Assembly: GCA_963764715.1 (NCBI GenBank)
Contig: CAVXTP010000020.1
Location: 1 to 45,812, forward strand
DNA length: 45,812 bases
Reading direction: 5' to 3'
Source: an uncultured Acidobacteriota bacterium
GTDB taxonomy: Bacteria; Acidobacteriota; Thermoanaerobaculia; UBA5066; Gp7-AA6
Position numbers and translations under genes: made by a program. The notes beneath the pieces were generated by a model. That model was given only the letters and a program-made list of their open reading frames with translations, had not been told where the DNA came from and did no database searches. Below are positions 1 to 12,512 of the stretch, one piece after another. The first letter of the stretch is position 1; each line of letters starts with the position of its first letter.

Positions 1-693
1 CGAAGGAGCTGCTGCCGTTCCTGCTCGACACCGCTCCCGCCGACGCCGCGTCGCGCGAGGCCCTCGGGCGGCTCGCCCGGTGGAACGGCGAAATGGCTCC
101 CGACTCCGTTCCGGCCGCCATCTACGCCGCGTGGTTCGTCGAGCTCGCGAAGATGCCGGAGGACGAGCTCCGGGACGTCCCCCGCGGCCGGACGCGCGGA
201 CGGTTCCTGATCGACGTCTTCCGCCGCGACTCATCCTGGTGCGACGACGTCCGCACACCGGCGTCGAGACGTGGGCGTTTCCAGAAGGCGGGGCGCTCGA
301 CGGGCGATGGCCAAGCTCGCGCGCCGCCTCGGGCGGAATCGTCCGGCTGGCGGTGGGACCGGCTGCACAGGCCGTTTTCCCGCACGACGTCGTTCATGGA
401 GGTGCCGGTGCGTCGACGCTTCTCGATCTCGAAGTCGGCGGAGGCGGCGATGGCACCACGCCCAACGTCGGCTCCGTCGCGCAGGACGGCTTCTTCGCGA
501 TGGACGACGGGCCGAGTTACCGCCAGACGTGGACTCGCCGCGCCGTCGCGCAGCCTGTACGTCCACACCACGGGACATCGGGCAACGTGTTCGACCGCCG
601 CTACCGGGACCTGCTGCCGGAGTGGCGCGCCGGCCGCTATTTCGAGATCGGAACCGCGCCGGCGGCGGACGTCCTCACCTGCAGTCGCCGTGA
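1..693 (+). CDS. Penicillin acylase (Ntn-hydrolase) family protein, C-terminal part; runs off the window; frameshifted
   Basis: Pieces across frames: LARWNGEMAPDSVPAAIYAAW, WRWDRLH, GGDGTTPN, GPSYRQ, TGxSGNVFDRRYRDLLPEWRAGRY, all typical of the penicillin amidase beta-chain C-terminus. Confidence 0.8.
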
Positions 694-1367
694 GCGGCCG
701 AGGACGCCCGTCCAGAGACGCCCGTCCGTCCGGTAGCGGTCGCCGCCGCCGTTGCGGCCTTCGATCGCGCCTCGCTCGGCCGGGCGCACGTCGACCCGCG
801 CGATCCGCCCGGCGCGGCGCAGGTCCTCGAACAGCGTCCGGCGCTCGCTGTCGATGTCCGGTTCGATGTGGTGCATGACCTCGCCGGTGAAGCGCGAAAC
901 GCCGACCGAGCGGTCGAAGGTCGCCGCCCCGATCCAGGTGGACCCGCCGGACTGCCACAGCCGGACGTGGTGGCGGCGCCGGGGGCTCGGCCCTCGGACC
1001 GCTCGAAGGCGAGGTCCTGCGGGCGGCCGAAGAGAAACTGCGTGCTCATCGGGCGCGGAGGGGTACGGTCGGTCGAGGAGGACGCTGGCGGCGTCGCGCC
1101 AGCCCGAGGCGAGCGTGATCCGGTCGGCGGCGTGCCAGCCGGCCGACGCCATCGCGGCGACGACTGCCGCGCGAGCCGGTGAAAGCGACGTTGAGCGGGT
1201 CGCCGGGGATCCCTTCGGCCGTCCCCGTGCAGCCGGCCAGCGTCCGTCGGCGGGCGATTCTCTGGTAGCCGCGCCAGGACAGGGGGAGGACGACGTAGGC
1301 GAGGCTCGCGTACGCCGGCAGGAGGAGTAGGGCGGCGGCGCGGACGGTCCCGGGTGACGGGGCTCAT
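637..1367 (-). CDS. LssY C-terminal domain protein; frameshifted
   Basis: Pieces GDPLNVAF, AMASAGWHAAD, YPSAPMSTQFLFGRPQDLAFE, RRHHVRLW, WIGAATFDRSVG, HHIEPDIDSER, GRNGGGDRYRTDG; proposed ATG at 1367 overlaps the HDAC stop (ATGA). Confidence 0.75.
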
Positions 1368-2461
1368 CGGGAGGGCCATCCTGCCGTGGGAGGTCGATGA
1401 ACGGAAGATGAATGGGCTCGGAGCGGATCATCGCATGCCTCGAGGCCGGGCCAGAAGGGCCTCTGCGCGGCGAGGACGGCGTCGAGGACCCGCGCGGCCG
1501 CGGGCGAAGGGTTCCCCGGCTCGCTTCCCTCGACGGGTTCGCCGAGCAGCATGCGCAGGCAGGCGGCCGCCGAGGCCGCGATCGCCTCCAGGTTGTAGCC
1601 GCCCTCGAGCGCGAGCGCCAGGCGCCCGCCGGCGAGCGTCTGGAGCCGCGCGGTCAGCCGCGCGTACCCGGCGGGGGACACGTGCATGTCGCCGAGCGGA
1701 TCGCCGTCCGCCGCGTCGAAGCCCGCCGAGACCAGGACGAAGTCCGGGGCGAAGAGCCGGGCGATCGGCAGGAGCACGCGGTCGAACGCCGCGAGGTGCT
1801 CGGCGTCGCCCATGCCGCCGCCCCACGGCACGTTGACGGTGAAGCCGCGGCCCGGACCGCCGCCGACCTCCTCGAGTGCGCCCGAGCCCGGGTAGAAGGG
1901 GAACTGGTGCGTCGAGAAGTACAGGACGGTCGGGTCCTCCCAGAAGGTGTGCTGCGTGCCGTTGCCGTGGTGGAGGTCCCAGTCGACGATGAGGACCCGC
2001 TCGGCGGCGCCGGAGGCCTGGAGAGCGCGTGCCGCCATGGCGACGTTGTTGAAGAGGCAGAAGCCCATGGCCCGCCCGGCTTCCGCGTGGTGGCCGGGAG
2101 GCCGGACGAGCGCGAACCCGTTCGAGAGGCGGCCCGCGGCGATCCCCGCCGCGAGATCGATCAGGCCCCCCGCGGCCAGGCGCGCCGCGCGCGCGGAGTC
2201 GCGGCAGGTGTAGGTGTCGGGATCGAGCTGGAGGTGCGCGGCCTCGGCCGTCCGCGCGATGCGGGCGAGGTGGACGGGCGAGTGAACGCGCAGCAGCTCC
2301 TCGTTCCCGGCCTCTCGCGCGGGCACGCGGACGCAGCGCGCGGCGAGGCCGTCGGACTCGAGGCGGCGCCGGATCCACTCGAGACGGCCCGGGTTCTCGG
2401 GGTGGTCGTAGGGCGCCCGGTGAAGGAGGAAGGCGTCGTCGTCGAGGAGCCCGGTCGTCAT
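1364..2461 (-). CDS. Histone deacetylase family / acetylpolyamine amidohydrolase-like protein
   Basis: HPENPGRL, RPPGHHAE, GFCLFNNVA, DWDLHHGNGTQ, SAGFDA, LEGGY motifs. Confidence 0.93.
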   Translation of the reverse strand: MTTGLLDDDAFLLHRAPYDHPENPGRLEWIRRRLESDGLAARCVRVPAREAGNEELLRVHSPVHLARIARTAEAAHLQLDPDTYTCRDSARAARLAAGGLIDLAAGIAAGRLSNGFALVRPPGHHAEAGRAMGFCLFNNVAMAARALQASGAAERVLIVDWDLHHGNGTQHTFWEDPTVLYFSTHQFPFYPGSGALEEVGGGPGRGFTVNVPWGGGMGDAEHLAAFDRVLLPIARLFAPDFVLVSAGFDAADGDPLGDMHVSPAGYARLTARLQTLAGGRLALALEGGYNLEAIAASAAACLRMLLGEPVEGSEPGNPSPAAARVLDAVLAAQRPFWPGLEACDDPLRAHSSSVHRPPTAGWPSR

Positions 2462-2554
2462 CGGCCGCGCATCCAGAGAAGCGCGGCGAGGAAGAGCAGC
2501 CCGTAGAGAAGCACCAGGATCACCGCGAGGCCGGGTCCCCGCCGCCGGCGGCCC

Positions 2555-2562
<8 letters not shown>
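2458..2562 (-). CDS. Unannotated 34-aa single-TM microprotein
   Basis: Hand translation [34 protein letters not shown]; start overlaps the YyaL stop and stop overlaps the HDAC start (ATGA). Confidence 0.55.
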
Positions 2563-4597
<2,035 letters not shown>

Positions 4598-4629
4598 GCC
4601 CAGAGCTTAACCCGCGGGTGCCGCCGCGT

Positions 4630-5214
4630 TCAGGAGATCCGCAGCCCGCGGCGCGGCTCGGCGGTGATCGTGATCTCGTCGTCCCGGTCGCGGATCGTCA
4701 CGAGGTCGCCCGGGTCGAGCTCGTCGAGGTGGCGGAGCAGGTCGCGCGCCGAAATCGGGTGGTCGGCGGAGAAGACCTCGACGAGCGAGCGCGGCAGGCG
4801 GATGTGGACCCGCTTGTCCCAGTCGTCCTTGACGTCGATCTGGATGGCGTCGCCGTCGGAACGGACTTCGATCGTCTGGTCGTCCTTCTGGATGATCCCG
4901 GGCTTCTCGGGCGTGCTCGCGTCGGCGGCGTCGAGGATCTGGCGCGGCGTCACGTCGCTCTTGTCCCAGGCCGTGCGGATGTCGCCGTCGAGGGCGTCGT
5001 CGATGTGGGCGAGCCGCGTCAGCTGCGCGATGAGCGCGACCGGGACGTGGACCGAGAACTTGCGCGTCTCGTCGCCTTCCGTCTTCTTGACCTCGACCCG
5101 GAAGCCGCGGATCCGGTGGAAGTCGCGCGCCGGCCCGCGCCAGAAGGCCAGACCCAGGGCGAAGACGACGACCACGAAGAGCCCCAGGACGATGGCCCGC
5201 GTTTCCTTGTTCAT
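4630..5214 (-). CDS. Hypothetical membrane-anchored protein
   Basis: Coherent 194-aa ORF with an N-terminal hydrophobic helix and two similar V(H)xxxPxxL segments (FSVHVPVALI, VHIRLPRSLV). Confidence 0.7.
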   Translation of the reverse strand: MNKETRAIVLGLFVVVVFALGLAFWRGPARDFHRIRGFRVEVKKTEGDETRKFSVHVPVALIAQLTRLAHIDDALDGDIRTAWDKSDVTPRQILDAADASTPEKPGIIQKDDQTIEVRSDGDAIQIDVKDDWDKRVHIRLPRSLVEVFSADHPISARDLLRHLDELDPGDLVTIRDRDDEITITAEPRRGLRIS

Positions 5215-5345
5215 CTCGCGTAGTCTCCCACCGGTTCCTAACGCACGCTGTCCCCGAAAGTTCGCGGGCGGGCTTCGGCGACGCGGCCCCTTGTGGTAGT
5301 TTGCCCCGTGGGAGCGCCCCGCAAGGGGTTGTTGCGGCGAGCTTT

Positions 5346-5792
5346 ATGCCTCATTTCATCACCGAGACGTGCATCGGGTGCGGGGTGTGCGAGATCAAGT
5401 GCCCCACGCACACGATCACGGGCGACAAGAACGAGAAGTACGTGATCCACCACGACCGGTGCATCGACTGCTCGGTCTGCGCCCGGTACTGCCCCGTCTC
5501 CTGCATCCAGGACCAGAAGGGGGAGCTCGTCGAGAAGGTCCGGCCGAAGGACATCCCCAAGGCGATCGTGGACCGGGACCTCTGCACGGGCTGCGAGTTC
5601 TGCATCGACATCTGCCCGTTCGACTGCATCTACCTGATCGACGACCCGCTCCACGAGACCTTCCACAAGATCGCCGAGGTCGACGCCGGGCCCTGCGTCT
5701 CCTGCCGGCTCTGCGAAACCGTCTGCGAGAAGGACGCCATCTTCGTCCCCAACCCGATCACGCAGGCGAAGCGGTACCTCCCGGTCCTGTGA
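5346..5792 (+). CDS. Polyferredoxin with four [4Fe-4S] motifs
   Basis: CIGCGVCEIKCP, CIDCSVCARYCP, CTGCEFCIDICP, CVSCRLCETVC; ATG at 5346. Confidence 0.92.
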   Translation: MPHFITETCIGCGVCEIKCPTHTITGDKNEKYVIHHDRCIDCSVCARYCPVSCIQDQKGELVEKVRPKDIPKAIVDRDLCTGCEFCIDICPFDCIYLIDDPLHETFHKIAEVDAGPCVSCRLCETVCEKDAIFVPNPITQAKRYLPVL

Positions 5793-6728
5793 CCGAGACG
5801 CCGCGGGACGCCGCGCCCCCCGACGACGACGAAGACGCGGCGGGGGAGCCCCGCGGCGCGGCGCGCCTGATCGCACGCTTCTTCCTCCTGCCGCTGCTCG
5901 TGGTCGGCGCGGCGGTCGGGATCTTTCTCGTCTTCAACCTCATGACCTTCGAGCGGCGCAGCCCCCGCGACTACCTCCAGGAGGTCCGGGGCGGGACGGC
6001 GAACCGCCGCTGGCAGGCGGCCTTCGAGCTGTCCCGCTCGCTCGGGAACCTGCCTCCCGAGGAGCGCGCCGCGCTGACCGCGGAGACGCTGCGGATCTTC
6101 GAGGGTCTCTCGGGCAGGCGGCCGGACGACGTGCCCGTGCGCCGGTACCTCGTGCTCGTTCTCGGCCGGCTCGGCGAGCGCTCGGCCGTGCCCGCGCTCC
6201 AGGCGGCGGCGACGGACCCGGACCCGGACACGCGGCTCTACGCGGTCTGGGCGCTCGGCCGGATCGGGGACCCCGGCGCGTCGACACGGTGCTCGCGTCG
6301 TCCCAATCCGAGGACGCCGGCGCGCGGAAGATGGCGGCCTACGTGCTCGGGCAGCTCGGGACCCGCGCGCCATCCCGCGGTTGCAGGTCCTCGCCGAGGA
6401 CAAGGTCGCCGACGTGCGCTGGAACGCGGCGATCGCGCTCGCGGAGCTCGGCGACCGCTCCGGCCTCCCGGTGCTGCGCTCGATGATCGACCGGGACGCG
6501 CTCGCGCGCCAGGCCACGATCTCGAGCGAGCAGGCGGAGGCGGCGATGGTCAACGCGCTGAAGGCGCTCGCCCTGCTGAGGGACCCCGAGACGCTGCCGC
6601 AGATCGAGGCGCTCGCGAAGAGCGACCCGAACCTGCGCGTGCGCGACGCGGCCCGCCGCGCGGCCGAGGCGACGCGCGGCCCGGGAGCGAAACGTCTTGA
6701 GGGTTCCGACACCCTTTTGGTAGGCTGA
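5789..6728 (+). CDS. Membrane-anchored HEAT-repeat protein; frameshifted near 6280 and 6370
   Basis: GTG overlaps the ferredoxin stop; TM segment FFLLPLLVVGAAVGIFLVF; HEAT units VRRYLVLVLGRLG, TRLYAVWALGRIG, ARKMAAYVLGQLG, VRWNAAIALAELG. Confidence 0.8.
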
Positions 6729-6742
6729 GGCCCCGAGAATCG

Positions 6743-7285
6743 ATGTCTACGGCCCCGAACAGCGTCCCCACGCCACCGCCCGACGTCACCCTCGACGGGG
6801 TCACCCGGCGCTCCACCCTGAAGTGGATGACCCTCGCCTGGACGGGTTTCGCGGCCGCGACGGCCGCGGGCCTGACGGCCACGGTCCGCTTCCTCTTTCC
6901 CAACGTCCTCTTCGAGCCGCCCACGCGGTTCAAGGCGGGCGACCCCTCGACCTACGCCCTGGGCGTGGACGAGCGGTGGAAGGAGAAGTACGGGGTCTGG
7001 ATCGTCCGGGACACCAACTCGATCTACGCCCTGGTGGCCGTCTGCGTGCACCTCGGCTGCACGCCCAACTGGCTCGCGGCGCAGAACAAGTTCAAGTGCC
7101 CGTGCCACGGCTCGGGCTACTACGTCTCCGGCATCAACTTCGAGGGCCCGGCCCCGCGGCCGCTGGAGCGGGCGGAGATCGGGGTCTCGGCCGAGGACGG
7201 CCAGATCATCGTCGACAAGGCGACGCGCTACCTCTACGAGCGCGGCCAGTGGAGCGACCCCAAGGCATTCGTCAAGATGGCTTAG
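6743..7285 (+). CDS. qcrA: Rieske [2Fe-2S] subunit of a cytochrome bc/b6f-type complex
   Basis: CVHLGC and CPCHGS boxes, GPAPRPL; twin-arginine-like TRRSTL followed by a TM helix. Confidence 0.93.
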   Translation: MSTAPNSVPTPPPDVTLDGVTRRSTLKWMTLAWTGFAAATAAGLTATVRFLFPNVLFEPPTRFKAGDPSTYALGVDERWKEKYGVWIVRDTNSIYALVAVCVHLGCTPNWLAAQNKFKCPCHGSGYYVSGINFEGPAPRPLERAEIGVSAEDGQIIVDKATRYLYERGQWSDPKAFVKMA

Positions 7286-7325
7286 GCCGCGTCTCGAAAC
7301 CACCAGACAGGCAGCGGAGGTTCGA

Positions 7326-8114
7326 TTGGGTTCTCGTTGGCGTGACATCCAGCAAGCGATCGTCTCGAGCCAGCTCTGGAAATCCATCTTCCGCGTCGGG
7401 ATCCCGGACACCAATCGCAAGCGCGTGCTGGCGATGCTCGGCAACGTCGTCCTGCACCTGCACCCGGTCAAGACCCGCAAGTCCGGCGTCAAGATGCGCT
7501 ACACGTGGTGCGCGGGCGGCGTGACCTTCTTCCTCTTCCTCGTCCTGACGTTCACCGGCCTCCTGCTGATGTTCTACTACCGGCCGACCGTCGAGTACGC
7601 CTTCGTCGACATCCTCGACCTGCGCGAGCAGGTCCCGTTCGGCATCATGCGCGAGGTCCACCGCTGGGGCGCGCACGCGATGGTCATCTCGGTCTGGATC
7701 CACATGTTCCGCGTGTTCATGACCGGCTCGTACAAGCCGCCCCGCGAGTTCAACTGGGTCATCGGCGTGATCCTGCTCGTGCTGACGCTGCTGCTCTCGT
7801 TCACCGGCTACCTGCTGCCGTGGGACCAGCTCGCCATCTGGGCCATCACGGTCGGCTCCAACATGGCCTCGGCGACGCCGCTGCTCGGCATCCAGGGCCC
7901 GGGCACGTCGCTGCTCAAGATCGGCGACATCCAGCTCGTCACCTCGACCAACGACGCGCGGTTCGGCCTGCTCGGCGGCCGCTTCGTCGGCGCCGGCGCG
8001 CTCCTGCGGTTCTACGTCCTCCACTGCGTCGGGATTCCGCTGATCGCCGCGTTCCTCATGGCCGTCCACTTCTGGCGCGTCCGCAAGGACGGCGGGATCT
8101 CCGGTCCTGTCTAG
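7326..8114 (+). CDS. qcrB: Cytochrome b6-type (N-terminal half of a split cytochrome b)
   Basis: TWCAGG (Cys at the heme ci position of b6), HRWGAH...[10 protein letters not shown]-x14-H in helix D; GGAGG upstream of the TTG start. Confidence 0.92.
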   Translation: MGSRWRDIQQAIVSSQLWKSIFRVGIPDTNRKRVLAMLGNVVLHLHPVKTRKSGVKMRYTWCAGGVTFFLFLVLTFTGLLLMFYYRPTVEYAFVDILDLREQVPFGIMREVHRWGAHAMVISVWIHMFRVFMTGSYKPPREFNWVIGVILLVLTLLLSFTGYLLPWDQLAIWAITVGSNMASATPLLGIQGPGTSLLKIGDIQLVTSTNDARFGLLGGRFVGAGALLRFYVLHCVGIPLIAAFLMAVHFWRVRKDGGISGPV

Positions 8115-8140
8115 ATGACGACGAGACGGTTGGCCATGGT

Positions 8141-8194
8141 CGTAGGGGCGGCCCTTGCGGCCGCCCTCGGGCGGGGACAAGCCCCGCCCCTACG
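8141..8194. repeat. GTAG-type REP doublet inside the bc operon
   Basis: cGTAG-gggcggcc-cttgc-ggccgccc-tc-gggcgggg-acaag-ccccgccc-CTACg: two inverted hairpins with GTAG/CTAC feet. Confidence 0.75.
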
Positions 8195-8212
8195 CCGGAG
8201 GCGTGAGCTCCC

Positions 8213-9298
8213 GTGTTCCTCGTCCAGTTCGTCAAGAACGCGATCGACTTCCTGTCGGCGCCGCAGTACCTCGTCAGCGGCGCGCTGATCGGCTTGATCC
8301 TGCTGATTCACTGGGCGAAGCCCTGGTCGCCCAAGGGCGGGCTCGTCATGCTCGCGATCGTGGCGGGCGGCATCGGCCTCTCGTACCTCGATCCCAACTT
8401 CAACAAGGTCGCGACCCTGCCCGACAACGTGCCGATCGTCGGGATGATCTTCCTCGTCGGCTTCTTCTTCTGGTTCGCGATGAGCCAGGCCTACGAGAAC
8501 GACCGGCGGATCGCGCAGGGCCGGCCGCCGATCGAGGGGGAGGACTCGGCGCAGAAGGTCTTCTCGTGGCCGGACCTCGTCTACGTCGAGCTCATCTGCC
8601 TCGTCGTGGTCATGGCCGTGATGATCGTCTGGTCGATCGCCCTGAAGGCGCCCCTCGAGGAGCCGGCCAACCCCACCGACTCGCCCAACCCGGCCAAGGC
8701 GCCGTGGTACTTCCTGGGCCTCCAGGAGATGCTGGTCTACTTCGACCCGTGGCTCGCGGGCGTCGTCCTGCCGTCGCTCATCATCGTCGGCCTGATGGCG
8801 ATCCCGTACATCGACACCAATCCCAAGGGCAACGGCTACTTCACGTTCAAGGAGCGCCGCTTCGAGATCACGATCTTCCTCGTCGGGTTCCTGGTGCTCT
8901 GGTGCGTCCTGATCGTCCTGGGGACCTTCCTGCGGGGGCCCAACTGGAACTTCTTCGGCCCCTACGAGTTCTGGGACATCAACAAGCTCGTGCCCCTGAA
9001 CAACATCAACCTCTCGGAGATCATCTGGATCAAGCTCCTGAAGCGAAGCATGCCGAACTTCTGGCTCTTCCGGGAGATCTTCGGGCTGGCGCTCGTGGGG
9101 TTCTACATCGCGGTTCTGCCGCTCGTTCTCTCGAAGACGCTGCTGCGCCGGTTCTTCGAGAAGATGGACATGCCCCGCTACTTCATCGGCGTGTCGCTCG
9201 CGCTGATGATGATGTCGCTGCCGATCAAGATGTACCTGCGCTGGATCTTCAACCTCAAGTACATCGTGTCGATCCCCGAGTTCGCCTTCAACATATGA
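8213..9298 (+). CDS. Cytochrome b subunit IV (PetD-like) with extra N- and C-terminal TM helices
   Basis: FSWPDLVYVELI, APLEEPANPTDSPNPAKAPWYFLGLQEML, AIPYIDTNP; highly hydrophobic. Confidence 0.85.
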   Translation: MFLVQFVKNAIDFLSAPQYLVSGALIGLILLIHWAKPWSPKGGLVMLAIVAGGIGLSYLDPNFNKVATLPDNVPIVGMIFLVGFFFWFAMSQAYENDRRIAQGRPPIEGEDSAQKVFSWPDLVYVELICLVVVMAVMIVWSIALKAPLEEPANPTDSPNPAKAPWYFLGLQEMLVYFDPWLAGVVLPSLIIVGLMAIPYIDTNPKGNGYFTFKERRFEITIFLVGFLVLWCVLIVLGTFLRGPNWNFFGPYEFWDINKLVPLNNINLSEIIWIKLLKRSMPNFWLFREIFGLALVGFYIAVLPLVLSKTLLRRFFEKMDMPRYFIGVSLALMMMSLPIKMYLRWIFNLKYIVSIPEFAFNI

Positions 9299-9302
9299 GG
9301 AT

Positions 9303-9381
9303 CAGGAGGCAGAAGGCAGGAAGCAGGAGGCAGGGCTCACTGGTCCGGGCCGGCCTCCTGACGTCTGCCGCCTGCCTCCTG
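9303..9381. repeat. Inverted heptamer tandem-repeat element
   Basis: CAGGAGG-CAGAAGG-CAGGAAG-CAGGAGG on the left; complementary CTCCTGA-CGTCTGC-CGCCTGC-CTCCTG on the right; terminal 10-bp IR CAGGAGGCAG/CTGCCTCCTG. Confidence 0.65.
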
Positions 9382-9388
9382 TAGAGCC

Positions 9389-12300
9389 ATGCCGCGCAAG
9401 CCGCCCGCCGAGCCGATCGATCACCACTACGACATCCCGCGGCTGAACCGCGCGTTCACGTGGACGGCGGTCGCGCTGACGGCGGTCTTCATCTGGATGG
9501 TGATCCAGGACTACTCGCGCGACTGGAAGAACATCCAGCGCACGTTCATGCGCCTCGACGCGAAGCTGACCCGCGAGGCGGCGATCGCGGCGCGGCGCAA
9601 GGCGCTCGACGCCGAGCACACGAAGCTCATCGCGGATCTGAAGGCCGCGCGCGCCGAAGTCGCGCAGCAGGCGGGCAACCTGCGCCGGGCCCAGGCGAAG
9701 CTCAAGGCGCTCGACCCCCGGATCTACGGCGCGGACCAGGAGTACAAGTTCACCAAGGCCGCCTTCGACGCCGCGCTCTACAAGTACGAGGACGCCCTCG
9801 CGAACCGCCCGAAGGCGGCGTCGTCGGCCAAGAAGGACCTCGACGCCCTCCGCAAGCAGCTCGACGAGCGCACGGTCCGGCTGGCGAAGCTGAAGAGCGA
9901 GGAGACGGCGGCGCAGGCCGAGATCGACCTCATCAACACCCGCAAGAAGGACATCGAGAACACGCTCGAGAAGAAATCGGCGGACTTCCGCATTACCCGC
10001 CAGAAGTACGCGGGCCTCAAGCAGGACACGCTCTTCAACCTGCGCAACTCGCCGATCCTCGACATGATCAACCCGTCCCTGCGGGTGCAGCAGGTCCAGC
10101 TGCCGGACCACTTCATCAACGTCAACTTCATGCAGATCCCGCGGGTCGACCGCTGCACCACCTGCCACGTGGCCGCCGACCGGAAGGGTTTCGAGGACCC
10201 GAAGATCCGCGAGGTCTTCCGGACGCACCCCCGGATCCACCGCATGGTCGGGAGCGAGTCGATGCACCCGGCCAACTCCTTCGGCTGCACGCCCTGCCAC
10301 GGCGGCCGCGACCGCGCGACGTCCTTCTGGTCGGCCGGACACTCGCCGGAGACCGAAGCCCAGAAGGCCGCCTGGACGAAGAAGTACGACTGGGAGTTCG
10401 ACCGCTTCAACGAGAACCCGGTCCTCCCGCTCAAGTACGCCGAGGCCGGCTGCTACCGCTGCCACGCGAAGGAGGCCGGGTTCCCCGAGGCCCCGACGCT
10501 CGACTCGGGAATGCGGGTCGTCGAGTCGCTCGGCTGCTGGGGCTGCCACCGGATCGACGGCCTCGAGAAGCAGGGCCTGCCGAAGGTCGGGCCCTCGCTC
10601 GAGCGGGTCGCCGCGAAGGTCCCGCGGGAGTGGACGACGCGCTGGGTGATGGACCCGGCGTCCTTCCGGCGCCAACACGAGGATGCCGACCTTCTTCTAC
10701 CACGAGAACTTCGTCGACGTGTCCGGCCCGCGTCCGCCCGATCCGGCGCAGAAGGCGATGAACGAGCGGGGCCGGACCGAGAACGACACGATGGTCAACG
10801 CGATCGTGGCGTACCTGTACGACAAGTCGAAGCCCGCCGACGTGCCCCCGGTCGCGGGGCAGGGCGACGCGGCGCGGGGCGCGAAGCTCCTCGCCGACCG
10901 CGGCTGCTACGGCTGTCACCTCGCGGACCCGAAGGCGGAGCGCGACCTGACCGGAACCTGGCGGCAGTTCGGCCCCAACCTCGCGGGCGTCGGTTCGAAG
11001 GCGTCGCGGGACTGGATCTATCACTGGATCCTGAACCCGAAGGAGTGGAATCCCGACACGAAGATGCCGAACCTGCGGCTGACGGAGGCCGAGGCGCTCG
11101 ACATCGCGGAGTACCTCTCGACCCTCAAGGCGCCGGCGGGCTTCGACGATGTCGCGCTCCCGAAGACCGACGAGAAGGTCCTCGACTCGATCGCCCTGTA
11201 CTTCGAGATGTCGACGAAGACGCTCTTCGACGCGAAGGCCGAGCTCGCGAAGATGGACCTCCACGCGCGCGAGGTCTACACGGGCAAGAGCCTGATCGCC
11301 CATTACGGCTGCTACGCCTGCCACGCGATCCCGGGCTTCGAGGACGCCAAGCCGATCGGCACGGAGCTTTCCGAAGAGGGCTCCAAGGCCGTCCACCGCC
11401 TCGACTTCGGCTTCATCCACATTCCGCACACGCGCCACGACTGGTTCCGCCAGAAGCTCCACGAGCCGCGGATCTTCGACCGCGACCGCGCGCGCGGCTG
11501 GGAGGAGAAGCTGCGGATGCCGAACTTCCGGCTGTCGCCGCGCGAGCTCGACCAGGTCGTGACGGCGGTTCTCGGCTTCCAGCAGCTCAACGCGGCGCCC
11601 CAGGTCGTCAAGCAGCTTTCGCCCCGGGAGGCGGCCGTCGAGCGCGGCCGGCGGATCGTCAAGAACCACAACTGCCAGGGCTGCCACGTCATCGAGGGCG
11701 TCGGCGGCTCGTACCGGTCCGTCGTCGCCGACGTGTCGCTCGCGCCGCCGATCATCCAGGGCGAGGGCGCGAAGGTCCAGAGCGACTGGCTCTTCTCCTT
11801 CCTCCAGGCGCCGAAGACCGGGCAGATCCGCCCGTGGCTCGAGGCGCACATGCCGACCTTCGGGTTCACGGACGCGGAGCTGAACGACCTGACGCAGTAC
11901 TTCGCGTCGCTCGACCGCGCGTCCTACCCGTTCCTCGTCGCCGACTACGCGACGAACCCGGCGAGCTGGGCCGCGGGCAAGAAGACCTTCGAGCTCCTGA
12001 AGTGCGCGCAGTGCCACCCCCGGTCGGCCGAGGACTTCAACCGTCCCGGCGTCGACCGCGCGAGCCTCGCCCCGAACCTCCAGATGGCCTCGACGCGGCT
12101 GCGGCACGACTGGATCCCCGACTGGATCCGGCGGCCCGACGAGTGGATGCCGGGCACGCGGATGCCGACCAACTTCCCCAAGGCCGACGACGGCCATCGC
12201 TTCTCGCCGCTCGGCCAGCAGTTCGACGCCCCGAGCTTCGCGGCCGAACGCGCGGAGTACGCGCGCATCCTCGGCGGCGACGAGCAGGCGAAGGCGTTCC

Positions 12301-12500
12301 TCTCGAACCCGGACGCCGTCACGCGCGCGCTCGGCGACTACGTCTGGTCGATCGGCGTCAACGGGGGCACCGCCCCGGTGGACCCGACGCGGCCGGCGGG
12401 GCAGCGCGCGGAGGCCCGCTTCGGCGCCCCGCCGGCGCCGTCCGGCGCCGCGGCCGCTCCGGCGGCAGCGCCGTCGGGGGCGGCGGGCGGAACGCGCTAG
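9389..12500 (+). CDS. Octaheme c-type cytochrome with N-terminal TM and coiled coil; one frameshift near 10670
   Basis: CxxCH motifs CTTCH, CTPCH, CYRCH, CWGCH (first ORF) and CYGCH, CYACH, CQGCH, CAQCH (10683..12500); the junction reads SFR..NTRMPTFF. Confidence 0.88.
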
Positions 12501-12512
12501 GCGGCGCCGCCG

